Shown: piece by piece, positions 1-8,415 of the stretch | Position numbering within the stretch: position 1 is the stretch's first letter | Layout of the letters: each line of letters begins with the position of its first letter | Assembly: GCA_963743795.1 (NCBI GenBank) | Contig: CAVUQZ010000004.1 | Location: 339,686-403,685 of the forward strand | Origin: an uncultured Chloroflexia bacterium | Lineage (GTDB): Bacteria; Chloroflexota; Limnocylindria; Limnocylindrales; CSP1-4 | Length of the DNA: 64,000 nt | Reading direction: 5' to 3' | Program-made: the position numbers and the translations under genes | Notes under the pieces: model-generated | Database searches by the model: none | What the model saw: only the letters and a program-made list of their open reading frames with translations | What the model was told of the DNA's origin: nothing

Positions 1-1
1 G

Positions 2-1273
2 CTGCAGCGCATCTACGGCACCGTCTGGCCCACCCAGGATGAGCTGGACGCCTACCTGCATAGGCGTGAGGAGGCCAAACGGCGAGACCACCGCCGCCTC
101 GGCGTGCAGCTGGATCTGTACAGCTTCCACGACGTCTCGCCCGGGGCCGCGTTCTGGCACCCCAAGGGCTGGACGCTCTACCGGACCCTCGAGAACGCCA
201 TGCGCGAGCTGCAGGCGGACCGCGGCTACCAGGAGATCTATACGCCGCCGATGGTGGCCAAGAAGTTGTGGGAACAGTCGGGCCACTGGGACCTCTATCG
301 CGAGCACATGTTTCTGATCGAGGCGGAGGAGCAGACGTTCAGCCTCAAGCCGATGAATTGCCCCGAGAGCACGTTCATCTACAAGAGCCGCACCCGCTCG
401 TACCGCGATCTGCCGCTGCGGCTCTCCGAGTACGGCAAGCTGCACCGCAACGAGCTGTCCGGCGTGCTGGCCGGGCTTACGCGCGTGCGCCACTTCGTCA
501 CGGACGACGCCCACATCTATGTCCGGCCGGACCAGATCGGCTCGGAGATCGAGGCACTGTTGGGCGAGGTGCGCACGTCCTACTCGTGGTTCGGGCTGGA
601 GCCCCACTTCACGTTCGGCACGCGCCCCGAGAAGGCGCTGGGCGACCCCGCGCTGTGGGAACGCGCCGAGATGCTCATGCGCGACGCGCTCGAGAGCTCG
701 GGGATGCGCTACCGCACGAAGGAAGGCGACGGAGCCTTCTACGCGCCCAAGATCGACATTCAGGTGGAGGACGCCCTGGGGCGCGAGTGGCAGACGGCCA
801 CGATCCAGGTGGACCTGGTGATGCTGCCCGAGCGCTTCGACCTCACCTACGTGGACGAGAACGGCGACCACGTTCGGCCGGTGGCCATCCACCGCGCCAT
901 CTACGGCTCGCTGGAGCGCTTCATCGGCGTCCTGGTCGAGCACTTCGCCGGTGCCTTCCCGATCTGGTGCGCTCCGGTCCAGGCTGTTGTCATTCCCATC
1001 GCCGACCGGCACGTCGAAGCGGCAGACGAGCTGGCCGGCCTCCTGACGGCTCGACAGCTTCGCGTCGAGGTCGATGGGTCGGACGGACGGATGCAGAACA
1101 AGATCCGCCTTGCCCAGGAGCAGAAGATCCCCTACATGCTCGTCCTGGGCGACCGCGAAGTCGAAGGTCGCACCGTCGCCATCCGCAACCGCGCGGGGGA
1201 GCAGGAGAACGGCGTGACATGGGACGCGTTCATCGAACGCCTCGCCGAGGAATCGGCAGCTAGGCGGCCCTAG
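2..1273 (+). CDS. thrS: Threonine--tRNA ligase (5'-truncated by window edge)
   Basis: Frame from nt 2 reads LQRIYGT...RDHRRLG, then KPMNCP, HRNELSG, GLTRVR, AFYAPKID and HRAIYGSLERF, all ThrRS motifs. Confidence 0.98.
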   Translation: MQRIYGTVWPTQDELDAYLHRREEAKRRDHRRLGVQLDLYSFHDVSPGAAFWHPKGWTLYRTLENAMRELQADRGYQEIYTPPMVAKKLWEQSGHWDLYREHMFLIEAEEQTFSLKPMNCPESTFIYKSRTRSYRDLPLRLSEYGKLHRNELSGVLAGLTRVRHFVTDDAHIYVRPDQIGSEIEALLGEVRTSYSWFGLEPHFTFGTRPEKALGDPALWERAEMLMRDALESSGMRYRTKEGDGAFYAPKIDIQVEDALGREWQTATIQVDLVMLPERFDLTYVDENGDHVRPVAIHRAIYGSLERFIGVLVEHFAGAFPIWCAPVQAVVIPIADRHVEAADELAGLLTARQLRVEVDGSDGRMQNKIRLAQEQKIPYMLVLGDREVEGRTVAIRNRAGEQENGVTWDAFIERLAEESAARRP

Positions 1274-1290
1274 CGTCGAAACGGCTCGTC

Positions 1291-1890
1291 TTAGCGGACC
1301 TCGTAGAGCGCCCAGCCGCCGGAGATCGGGTTGACGACCCACATCTCCCAGCCGGCGTTGTTGCCCGCTAGGGCCGTCCACCAAACCCTGATTAGAACGG
1401 CGTGGGCCTTGTCGACAGACGCCGCGAAGGCTGTGCCGCTAAGCCAATCGGCGAGTGACAGGGCGTCCTTGGGATTCGCCTCGACTGTGTATGCCTTGCC
1501 GGCCGAGGCCAGGTATGCCTTCCGCTCGACCGTATAAGCAGCCAGGGTTCCCCCTCCTACTCCGTCAGGGGCGAGCATGGACCACGCCTGAGCGTAGTTG
1601 CCGGCGATGAGCGAGTCCTCGTAGGCATGCATGAAAGCCACGGCCCCGGGTACGCCAGTCGGGAACGGTGTGACGGCAGGTGTGGGCGACGGGGTGGGGA
1701 CAGGCGTAGGAGTTGGGACAGGCGTCGGGGTGGGAATTAGCGTCGCCGTCGGCGCGGGCGTCGGAGTGGATGCCGGCGTCGGGATCGGCGTCGCCACTTC
1801 AGTTCCGGTTGGTGACGGCGTGGCAGCAGCCGCCGTGCAACCCGCGACTACCAGGCATGTCGCCACCAGCGCCAAGAAGAATCGTGTCAT
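1291..1890 (-). CDS. Hypothetical lipoprotein with Pro/Thr-rich linker
   Basis: Signal peptide with lipobox VVAGC, (PT)n linker and a small globular C-terminal domain. Confidence 0.8.
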   Translation of the reverse strand: MTRFFLALVATCLVVAGCTAAAATPSPTGTEVATPIPTPASTPTPAPTATLIPTPTPVPTPTPVPTPSPTPAVTPFPTGVPGAVAFMHAYEDSLIAGNYAQAWSMLAPDGVGGGTLAAYTVERKAYLASAGKAYTVEANPKDALSLADWLSGTAFAASVDKAHAVLIRVWWTALAGNNAGWEMWVVNPISGGWALYEVR

Positions 1891-1977
1891 CGTTGTCCTC
1901 CCGGCAACCCTTGGGACGCGCCCTCATTGCACAGGTCGCGACGTTCAGACTACGCTCTCTGGCCGCCGTTGCGGGGT

Positions 1978-2007
1978 TTGCCGCTCGCGGAATCCCTGTG
2001 CTATAGT
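1978..2007 (+). promoter_or_regulatory. Sigma70-type promoter of infC-rpmI-rplT
   Basis: TTGCCG (1978-1983), 18 nt spacer, extended -10 TGcTATAGT (1999-2007). Confidence 0.6.
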
Positions 2008-2009
2008 CC

Positions 2010-2068
2010 CGCGGGCGACCGCCCGGTGCAGTCGTGCGCCGGGTTTGGGCCGCTCGTCTGCTTTCGGG
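2010..2068 (+). promoter_or_regulatory. Structured 5' leader of the infC operon (candidate L20-type leader)
   Basis: Hairpin with GCGGGCG/CGCTCGT and CCCGGTGCA/TGCGCCGGG pairings, followed by CTGCTTTC, upstream of infC-rpmI-rplT. Confidence 0.4.
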
Positions 2069-2118
2069 CTGAGAATCCGAATTGCCGGCAACTGGAACAC
2101 GCCTAGAAGGGGTTCGCC

Positions 2119-2802
2119 ATTAGCCGAGACCTGCGCATCAATCAGATGATCCGCGTCTACGACGTTCGGGTTGTCGATGAAGACGGTAGCCAGCTTGGCG
2201 TCATGCGAACGGCCGACGCCTTGCGGCTTGCGCAGGAGCGGGGGCTCGACCTTGTGGAGGTTGCACCGCTGGCCAGTCCGCCCGTGGCGCGCCTTCTGGA
2301 CTTCGGCCAGTACAAGTACGAACTGACCAAGCGTGAGAAGGAAGCCAAGCGGAAGCAACGCTCGATAACCTTCAAGGAAGTCAGACTCAAGCCCAAGATC
2401 GGCATCGGCGACTTCGACACGAAGGTCAGGCGGGCAGTCGAATTCCTGGAGGATGGCGATAGGGTCAAGATCTCAGTTCAGTTCCGGGGACGGGAGTTGA
2501 CCCACCCGCAGATCGGACGCGACCTGCTGGACAAGTTCGCGGAGCAAATCAAGGAACACGGCGTGGTCGAGCGGCCCCCACTCCTCGAGGGCAAGTCGAT
2601 GCACATCAGCGTCGCCTCAACCCACAAGCCGAAGCCGCACGAGCCGACCCCTGCGGCCGCGGCCAGGAGTCACGCCAGAGCAACAGATGACACGGCGCCC
2701 GAAGGCGGGCCCGCCAAAGACGATACGAAGGAGCCGCCGCCGGCGCCCCCGGCTGCACCGAGACCCGAGCCGGAATCCGGATCGGCGTCGACTGGAGTGT
2801 GA
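2119..2802 (+). CDS. infC: Translation initiation factor IF-3 (ATT start codon)
   Basis: IF3 motifs GLDLVEVAP, DFGQYKYE, KEVRLKPKI and FRGRE. An in-frame ATT at 2119 follows AGAAGGGG and gives the conserved ISRDLRINQMIR N-terminus. Confidence 0.97.
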   Translation: MSRDLRINQMIRVYDVRVVDEDGSQLGVMRTADALRLAQERGLDLVEVAPLASPPVARLLDFGQYKYELTKREKEAKRKQRSITFKEVRLKPKIGIGDFDTKVRRAVEFLEDGDRVKISVQFRGRELTHPQIGRDLLDKFAEQIKEHGVVERPPLLEGKSMHISVASTHKPKPHEPTPAAAARSHARATDDTAPEGGPAKDDTKEPPPAPPAAPRPEPESGSASTGV

Positions 2803-2809
2803 TACCAAC

Positions 2810-3013
2810 GTGCCGAAGATGAAGAGCCACAAGGGGACCCAGAAGCGGATCGGGGTCACCGGCGGTGGCAAGGCGGTTCGCGTCAAGTCATGGCGGGGCC
2901 ACCACCTCGAGCTCAAATCCTCGCGGCGCACTCGCCGCTATGCCGGCAAGGAGATCGTGACCGGGGAATCGCTCGATCAGATCCGCCGGCTGTTGCCGTA
3001 CCTGGGAGTCTGA
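2810..3013 (+). CDS. rpmI: 50S ribosomal protein L35
   Basis: GTG start gives MPKMKSHKGTQKR...IRRLLPY; lies between infC and rplT. Confidence 0.97.
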   Translation: MPKMKSHKGTQKRIGVTGGGKAVRVKSWRGHHLELKSSRRTRRYAGKEIVTGESLDQIRRLLPYLGV

Positions 3014-3019
3014 TCGTCG

Positions 3020-3370
3020 ATGGCACGCGTCAAGCGGGGCGTAACCGCCCATCACCGTCACAAGCGCCTTCTCAAGGACGCGGAGGGCCGCGAAGGCACC
3101 AACTCGCGACTCATCAGGCGTGCCCATGAGTCGGCCCTTCATTCGCTGGCCTACGCGACGCGCGACCGAAAGCAGCGCAAGCGCCAGATGCGCCAGTTGT
3201 GGATCATCCGCATCAACGCGGCCGCCCGGCTGAACGGCCTCCCGTACGCGAAGTTCATCGCCGGCCTGAAAGCTGCCCAGATCGAGCTGGATCGCAAGAT
3301 CCTCGCGGATCTGGCCGTGCGCGACCCTGCCGCCTTCGCACAGGTCGCCGCCATCGCCGGCCAGGCCTGA
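3020..3370 (+). CDS. rplT: 50S ribosomal protein L20
   Basis: MARVKRG...[23 protein letters not shown]...[11 protein letters not shown]. Confidence 0.98.
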   Translation: MARVKRGVTAHHRHKRLLKDAEGREGTNSRLIRRAHESALHSLAYATRDRKQRKRQMRQLWIIRINAAARLNGLPYAKFIAGLKAAQIELDRKILADLAVRDPAAFAQVAAIAGQA

Positions 3371-3423
3371 CGCAAGCGCGACCGGCGACGGTCGCGGGCC
3401 CGCACCGGAAGGGGAACCGAGGC

Positions 3424-4461
3424 GTGGATTTCGATAGTCTCAGCCAGGACGTCCGGGCCCTGCAGCGGCGCGCCCTCGACGAGATCTCGGCTGCTCCGGA
3501 TCCAGCCTCGCTCGAGGAGCTTCAGATCCGGTACCTGAGCAAGAAAGGCGAGCTCACGTCCGTCCTGCGCGGCATCGGCGCGCTGCCGGCCGAAGACCGC
3601 CCCCGTGTTGGGGCCCTGGCCAACGAGGTGGGTGAGGCCGTCAAGGGCGCCCTGGCCGATCGCGGATCCGTCTTGCGGGCTCAGGTCCAGCAGCTTCGCC
3701 TGGCTGCGGAGAGCGTCGACGTCACCCTTCCCGGACGGACGGTCGCCCGAGGCACGCTACATCCCATCCCCGAGACCATCTCCGCCATCGCGGAGGTCTT
3801 CGGCCAGTTCGGTTTCGTCGTCTACGAGGGACCCGAGGTCGAGGACGACCTGACCAACTTCCAGATGCTGAACATCGCCCCCGATCATCCTGCCCGGGAC
3901 CTGTGGGACACGCTGTACGTGGACATTCCGGGGCACCTTCTGCGGACCCACACGAGCCCGGGTCAGATCCGGGTGATGCAGTCGACGCGGCCGCCGATCC
4001 GCGCCCTTCTGCCGGGCCGCTGCTTCCGGTACGAGGCAGTTGACGCGAGCCACGGCTTCGAGTTCTTCCAGGTCGAGGGGCTCATGGTCGACGAGGGAAC
4101 CTCCATGGCGGACCTGAAGGGTCTCCTGGACGAGTTCGCCCACGCCTTGTTCGGGCCCCGCAAGACGCGCTTCCGGCCCGGCTACTACCCGTTCACCGAG
4201 CCGTCGGTCGCGTTCGACGTCCAGTGCGTGGTGTGCGGGGGGGTCGGCTGCCCGGCCTGCTCCAGGTCGGGATGGATGACGATCCTGGGCGCCGGGATGG
4301 TCCACCCGGTCGTGCTCCAGTACGGCGGCATCGACCCGGAGCGCTACCAGGGCTTTGCCTTCGGCATGGGCGTCGAGCGCATCGCCAACCTCCGCCACAC
4401 CGTTCCGGACCTGCGCTATTACCTCGAGAACGACCTGCGCTTCCTGGAGCAGTTCCGATGA
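3424..4461 (+). CDS. pheS: Phenylalanine--tRNA ligase alpha subunit
   Basis: Motifs HPARD, LLRTHTSPGQ, YYPFTEPS and GFAFGMGVER; GTG start at 3424. Confidence 0.97.
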   Translation: MDFDSLSQDVRALQRRALDEISAAPDPASLEELQIRYLSKKGELTSVLRGIGALPAEDRPRVGALANEVGEAVKGALADRGSVLRAQVQQLRLAAESVDVTLPGRTVARGTLHPIPETISAIAEVFGQFGFVVYEGPEVEDDLTNFQMLNIAPDHPARDLWDTLYVDIPGHLLRTHTSPGQIRVMQSTRPPIRALLPGRCFRYEAVDASHGFEFFQVEGLMVDEGTSMADLKGLLDEFAHALFGPRKTRFRPGYYPFTEPSVAFDVQCVVCGGVGCPACSRSGWMTILGAGMVHPVVLQYGGIDPERYQGFAFGMGVERIANLRHTVPDLRYYLENDLRFLEQFR

Positions 4462-6956
4462 AGGTTCCGCTCGGCTGGCTACGCGAGTACGTGGACGTCC
4501 AGCTGACGCCGGAACAGCTTGCCGAGCGCCTGACCCTGCTCGGAATGGAAGTCAAGGGGATCGAGCAGTGGGGCGCCGACTGGCGCTCCGTCGTCGTTGG
4601 CGAGCTGCTAACTGTCGAGAAGCACCCCTACGCGGATCGCCTGCATCTCACGACCGTCAACATCGGGTCCGGGGAGCCGCTCCACATCGTCTGCGGCGCC
4701 CACAACATCGCGCCAGGCCAGCGCGTTCCTGTAGCCCTCCCGGGAGCCGTCCTGCCGGGCGACCGGCGCATCGAGCGGACCGAGAAGATGGGCATCGCGT
4801 CGGAGGGGATGCTGTGCTCGGGTGACGAGCTGCATATCACCAGCGACGCCGAGGGGATCCTCATCCTGCCTGCAGAGATGCCGCTCGGCCGGCAGCTTTC
4901 CGACGTCTATGGCGACGTCGTCCTGGACGTCGACGTCAAGCCCAACCGCGGCGACGCCCTGTGCCTCATAGGCCTGGCCAGAGAGGTGGCGGCTGCCACA
5001 GGGGCCGCCGTGCGATGGCCCGAGATTGGCGTCGAGGAGACCGGTAGACCCGTCACCGATCTCCTGAAGGTAGAGGTGCGCGAGACCGGCCTGTGCAGCC
5101 GCTTCGTGGGCCGATGGGTCAGCGGGGCGAAGATCGGTCCCTCCCCGGACCGGGTTCAGATGCGGCTGCAGGCTGCGGGCATGAGGCCCGTGAGCAACGT
5201 CGTCGACGCCTCCAACTACGTGATGCTCGAACTGGGCAAGCCGACCCACACCTTCGACGGGGCGTCCATCCACGACCGCACGATCATCGTCCGGCGGGCC
5301 ATGCCGGGCGAGCGGCTGGAGACGCTCGACCATGTCGAGCGCGAGCTGACGCCGGAGACCCTGATCATTGCCGATTCGCGAGGTCCGATCGGCATCGCCG
5401 GTGTGATGGGCGGCGCCGAGAGCGAGATCACGGACGCGACGACGGAGATAGCGATCGAATCGGCCATCTTCGACCCGGTCAGCATCCGCAGGACCGGTCA
5501 TCGGTACGGCCTGCGTTCCGAGGCCAGTCTGCGCTTCGAGAAGGGCCAGGAGTTCCGGCTTGCGCGAATCGGGGCTGATCGCGTCGCCCAGCTCACCCTG
5601 GCCTGGTCCGGCGGCGCCGTCGCCCGAGGCCGCGTCGACTCCGCCCCCGCCGAGCCCGAGCCGGCCAGGCTGGCGTTCAGGCCGCGGCGGGTGGACCAAC
5701 TCCTGGGCGCCGAAGTTGCTGTTGCCGAGCAGCGCGCGCTGCTGGCCCGTGTCGGAATCGAGACAGAGCCGGCGGCGGCGGCGCAGATCCAGGTCGCAGC
5801 CGATCCGCAGCCCCTGTCCGTGCCGGCCGGGTCGGACGCGGTGCTCGTCGCGCTGGTTCCGACCTGGCGACACGACCTGGCGATCGAGGCCGACGTAGCC
5901 GAGGAGGTCGCCCGCGTTCGCGGCTACGAGGCGACTCCGGCCCACCTACCGGATACCCTCATGCCGGCCTACCGACCCTCGCCCCTCGGAGTTCGAGATC
6001 TGGTCCGCGAAACGCTGGCCGGGGCCGGCCTGACCGAAGTCGTCACTCACGCGCTGGTTGCGCCCCAGGACGAGGCCCGCCTGGCGTGGCCGGAGGATGC
6101 CAGTGAACCCGCGCTGCCGGCCGATCTGGCGGCCGAGCCAGGCGAAGCGATCGTCGTGACGAACCCGATCTCGGCTCCGCATTCGGTCCTGAGACGGCAT
6201 TTGGCCGGGAGTCTGCTCGAGGTCCTTTCCCTGAACGAGCGTCAGGGCCGCTTCGACGTCGCGGTCTTCGAGATCGGGAAACGCTACGCCCGCGTGCAGG
6301 GTCGGGCGCGCGAGTGGACCCGGCTCGGCTTTCTCCTGTCGGGAGCGGCGGAACCCGGGTCGTGGAACCGACCGGAACGCCCCTACGATCTCGACGACGC
6401 CAAGGGCATCGTCGAGCTGATCTGCCGGCGCCTGGGCCTCCCCAGGCCTTCGTACGTGTCTGACACTCGTGGCTTCCCGTTCCATCCGGGCCGGGCCCTC
6501 GTGGTCGAAACGCAGGCCGACGGAGGCGCGCTGTCGGGGCGGATCGCGGAGATACACCCGGATGCGCTGGCCAGGTGGGACCTTCGGGCCGAGCGCGTTG
6601 TCGTCGCCGAGCTCGCCGCTCCGGCTCTGGATTCAGCCGTTCCGGCGCGTGTGCATGTAGTGCCGATACCGCGCTTCCCCGAAGTCGAGCGCGATCTGGC
6701 GGTCGTCGTTGCCGAGGCCCGCACGGCGGCCGAAGTCGAAGCGACGATCCGGCGCCACGGAGGCAGTCTTCTGCGCGGCCTGCGCTTGTTCGACCTCTAT
6801 CGCGGCGCCCCTCTCGCCGCGAGTGAGAAGAGCCTGGCTTACCGGCTGACCCTCGGAGCGAACGACCGAACGCTCACCGAAGCTGAGCTGGACGCTGCCG
6901 TGGCTCAAGTCCGGACGGGCCTGGAGTCCGATCTGGGAGCGCATATCCGAACCTGA
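4458..6956 (+). CDS. pheT: Phenylalanine--tRNA ligase beta subunit
   Basis: MKVPLGWLREYV start overlaps the pheS stop; IVCGAHN, PNRGDAL, SEASLRFEKG and a C-terminal FDX-ACB domain. Confidence 0.97.
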   Translation: MKVPLGWLREYVDVQLTPEQLAERLTLLGMEVKGIEQWGADWRSVVVGELLTVEKHPYADRLHLTTVNIGSGEPLHIVCGAHNIAPGQRVPVALPGAVLPGDRRIERTEKMGIASEGMLCSGDELHITSDAEGILILPAEMPLGRQLSDVYGDVVLDVDVKPNRGDALCLIGLAREVAAATGAAVRWPEIGVEETGRPVTDLLKVEVRETGLCSRFVGRWVSGAKIGPSPDRVQMRLQAAGMRPVSNVVDASNYVMLELGKPTHTFDGASIHDRTIIVRRAMPGERLETLDHVERELTPETLIIADSRGPIGIAGVMGGAESEITDATTEIAIESAIFDPVSIRRTGHRYGLRSEASLRFEKGQEFRLARIGADRVAQLTLAWSGGAVARGRVDSAPAEPEPARLAFRPRRVDQLLGAEVAVAEQRALLARVGIETEPAAAAQIQVAADPQPLSVPAGSDAVLVALVPTWRHDLAIEADVAEEVARVRGYEATPAHLPDTLMPAYRPSPLGVRDLVRETLAGAGLTEVVTHALVAPQDEARLAWPEDASEPALPADLAAEPGEAIVVTNPISAPHSVLRRHLAGSLLEVLSLNERQGRFDVAVFEIGKRYARVQGRAREWTRLGFLLSGAAEPGSWNRPERPYDLDDAKGIVELICRRLGLPRPSYVSDTRGFPFHPGRALVVETQADGGALSGRIAEIHPDALARWDLRAERVVVAELAAPALDSAVPARVHVVPIPRFPEVERDLAVVVAEARTAAEVEATIRRHGGSLLRGLRLFDLYRGAPLAASEKSLAYRLTLGANDRTLTEAELDAAVAQVRTGLESDLGAHIRT

Positions 6957-7066
6957 GCCGATTGTGGCCGAAGGTCCGAGTACCCTTGGCACGTTGAACC
7001 GCCGGCCAGGCCGCTGCTAACCTAGCCCCGCTCCAGGAGGGACGCTGGGGCGACGTCAGCGACAGG

Positions 7067-7651
7067 GTGGAGGATTCGTTGGACATCATCGGCACCATCA
7101 GGAATGCGCCAATCGTCGACCTGGCCATCTTCATGGGCCTGTTCCTGTTCTTCATCCTCGGGGTGATGCAAGGCACGATTCGTCGGACCCTCGGCATCAT
7201 CAGCATCCTCTTCGCGTTCCTCCTGGCCGCCAATCTGAAGGGCGCGTTCGGCGACTTCCTGGCCCCGAACTGGACCCAGTTCCCGCGTGAGTACAACCAT
7301 CTGCTGGCCTTTGTGATGATCTTCTGCGTCGGCGCGGTTGCCTCCTCGATCCTCATTCAGGGGTTCTACAAGCGCACTGAGATCTACGCCGCGCACCCGG
7401 TCGTCGACGACATCCTGGGCGGCCTGCTGGGTCTCGCCCAGGGCCTCCTCCTGCTCATCGTCGCGGTGATCATCCTCGACTCGTACACGCTGCCGCCCGC
7501 CCAATCGGGCGACGTAGGCCTGCTTCGATCGGCTCAGGATTTCATCCACGACTCGACCATCGCCGGCGGGGTCAAGGATGTGATCGCGCCGCCGTTCGTC
7601 CACATCCTGTCGTTCCTCCTGCCGGCCGACCTGGTGGCGACCTTCCCCTGA
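7067..7651 (+). CDS. CvpA (colicin V production) family membrane protein
   Basis: Four TM segments and DDILGGLLGLAQG motif; typical position between pheT and mutS2. Confidence 0.8.
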   Translation: MEDSLDIIGTIRNAPIVDLAIFMGLFLFFILGVMQGTIRRTLGIISILFAFLLAANLKGAFGDFLAPNWTQFPREYNHLLAFVMIFCVGAVASSILIQGFYKRTEIYAAHPVVDDILGGLLGLAQGLLLLIVAVIILDSYTLPPAQSGDVGLLRSAQDFIHDSTIAGGVKDVIAPPFVHILSFLLPADLVATFP

Positions 7652-7701
7652 GGCCCGCTGGAAGCCGCCCCCACGAGAATCGAAGGCGGGACCAGGGCTT
7701 C

Positions 7702-8415
7702 ATGACCGACCGACCGTTTCCGCGGGACCTCCTGAGGCGAGACGCGCCCGAGGCGGCCGGTAACCTCCTAGGCGCCAGGCTGATCCGAGGCCGAGGCCCC
7801 AGCGCCCGAGTCGGTCGCATCGTCGAGGTGGAGGCCTACGCCGGCCAGGAGGACCTGGCATCGCATGCCCGTTTCGGACCGACCACGCGAAACCGGGTCA
7901 TGTTCGGCTCGCCGGGTCTCGCCTACGTGTACCTTGTCTACGGCATGTACAGCTGCCTGAACGTCGTGACTGGAGAACCGGGCCGGGCGGGCGCTCTGCT
8001 CGTGCGTGCCGTGGAGCCTCTGGCGGGTGTGGAAGTGATGCGCGAGGCTCGTCTGGCGTGGCTCGAGAGGCCGAGAGCCAACGAATCTGACCCACGCGGG
8101 GGGTTCGGGGCCGAGCGGATCTCACGCGCCCGACGGCGCATCGAATCCCTGCCCGAGTCCGCCCTGGCCGCGGGTCCGGGCCTGGTCTGCGCCGCGTTCT
8201 CAATCGGCCGCGGCGATGATTCGGTTGACCTCTGCGATCCTGGATCGGATCTCCGGCTGGAGACCGGACCGGGCGACGACGACCCGGCAGTCGAAACGGG
8301 CCCACGGGTCGGCATCGGCTATGCGCCGGAGCCCTGGCTCAGCCGGCCCTGGCGCTACTGGCTGAAGGGCGGCGCGGCCGTCTCGAAGCCCCCTCGGTCG
8401 CACGGTGGCACATAG
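7702..8415 (+). CDS. mpg: DNA-3-methyladenine glycosylase (MPG/AAG family)
   Basis: GRIVEVEAY, YVYLVYGMYSCLNVV, LVRAVEP, GPGLVC and GPRVGI motifs. Confidence 0.93.
   Translation: MTDRPFPRDLLRRDAPEAAGNLLGARLIRGRGPSARVGRIVEVEAYAGQEDLASHARFGPTTRNRVMFGSPGLAYVYLVYGMYSCLNVVTGEPGRAGALLVRAVEPLAGVEVMREARLAWLERPRANESDPRGGFGAERISRARRRIESLPESALAAGPGLVCAAFSIGRGDDSVDLCDPGSDLRLETGPGDDDPAVETGPRVGIGYAPEPWLSRPWRYWLKGGAAVSKPPRSHGGT

Noticed and set aside
3371-3423. T-box riboswitch before pheS (or before tyrS)
   Set aside because: The intergenic spaces are too short and lack the T-box consensus.
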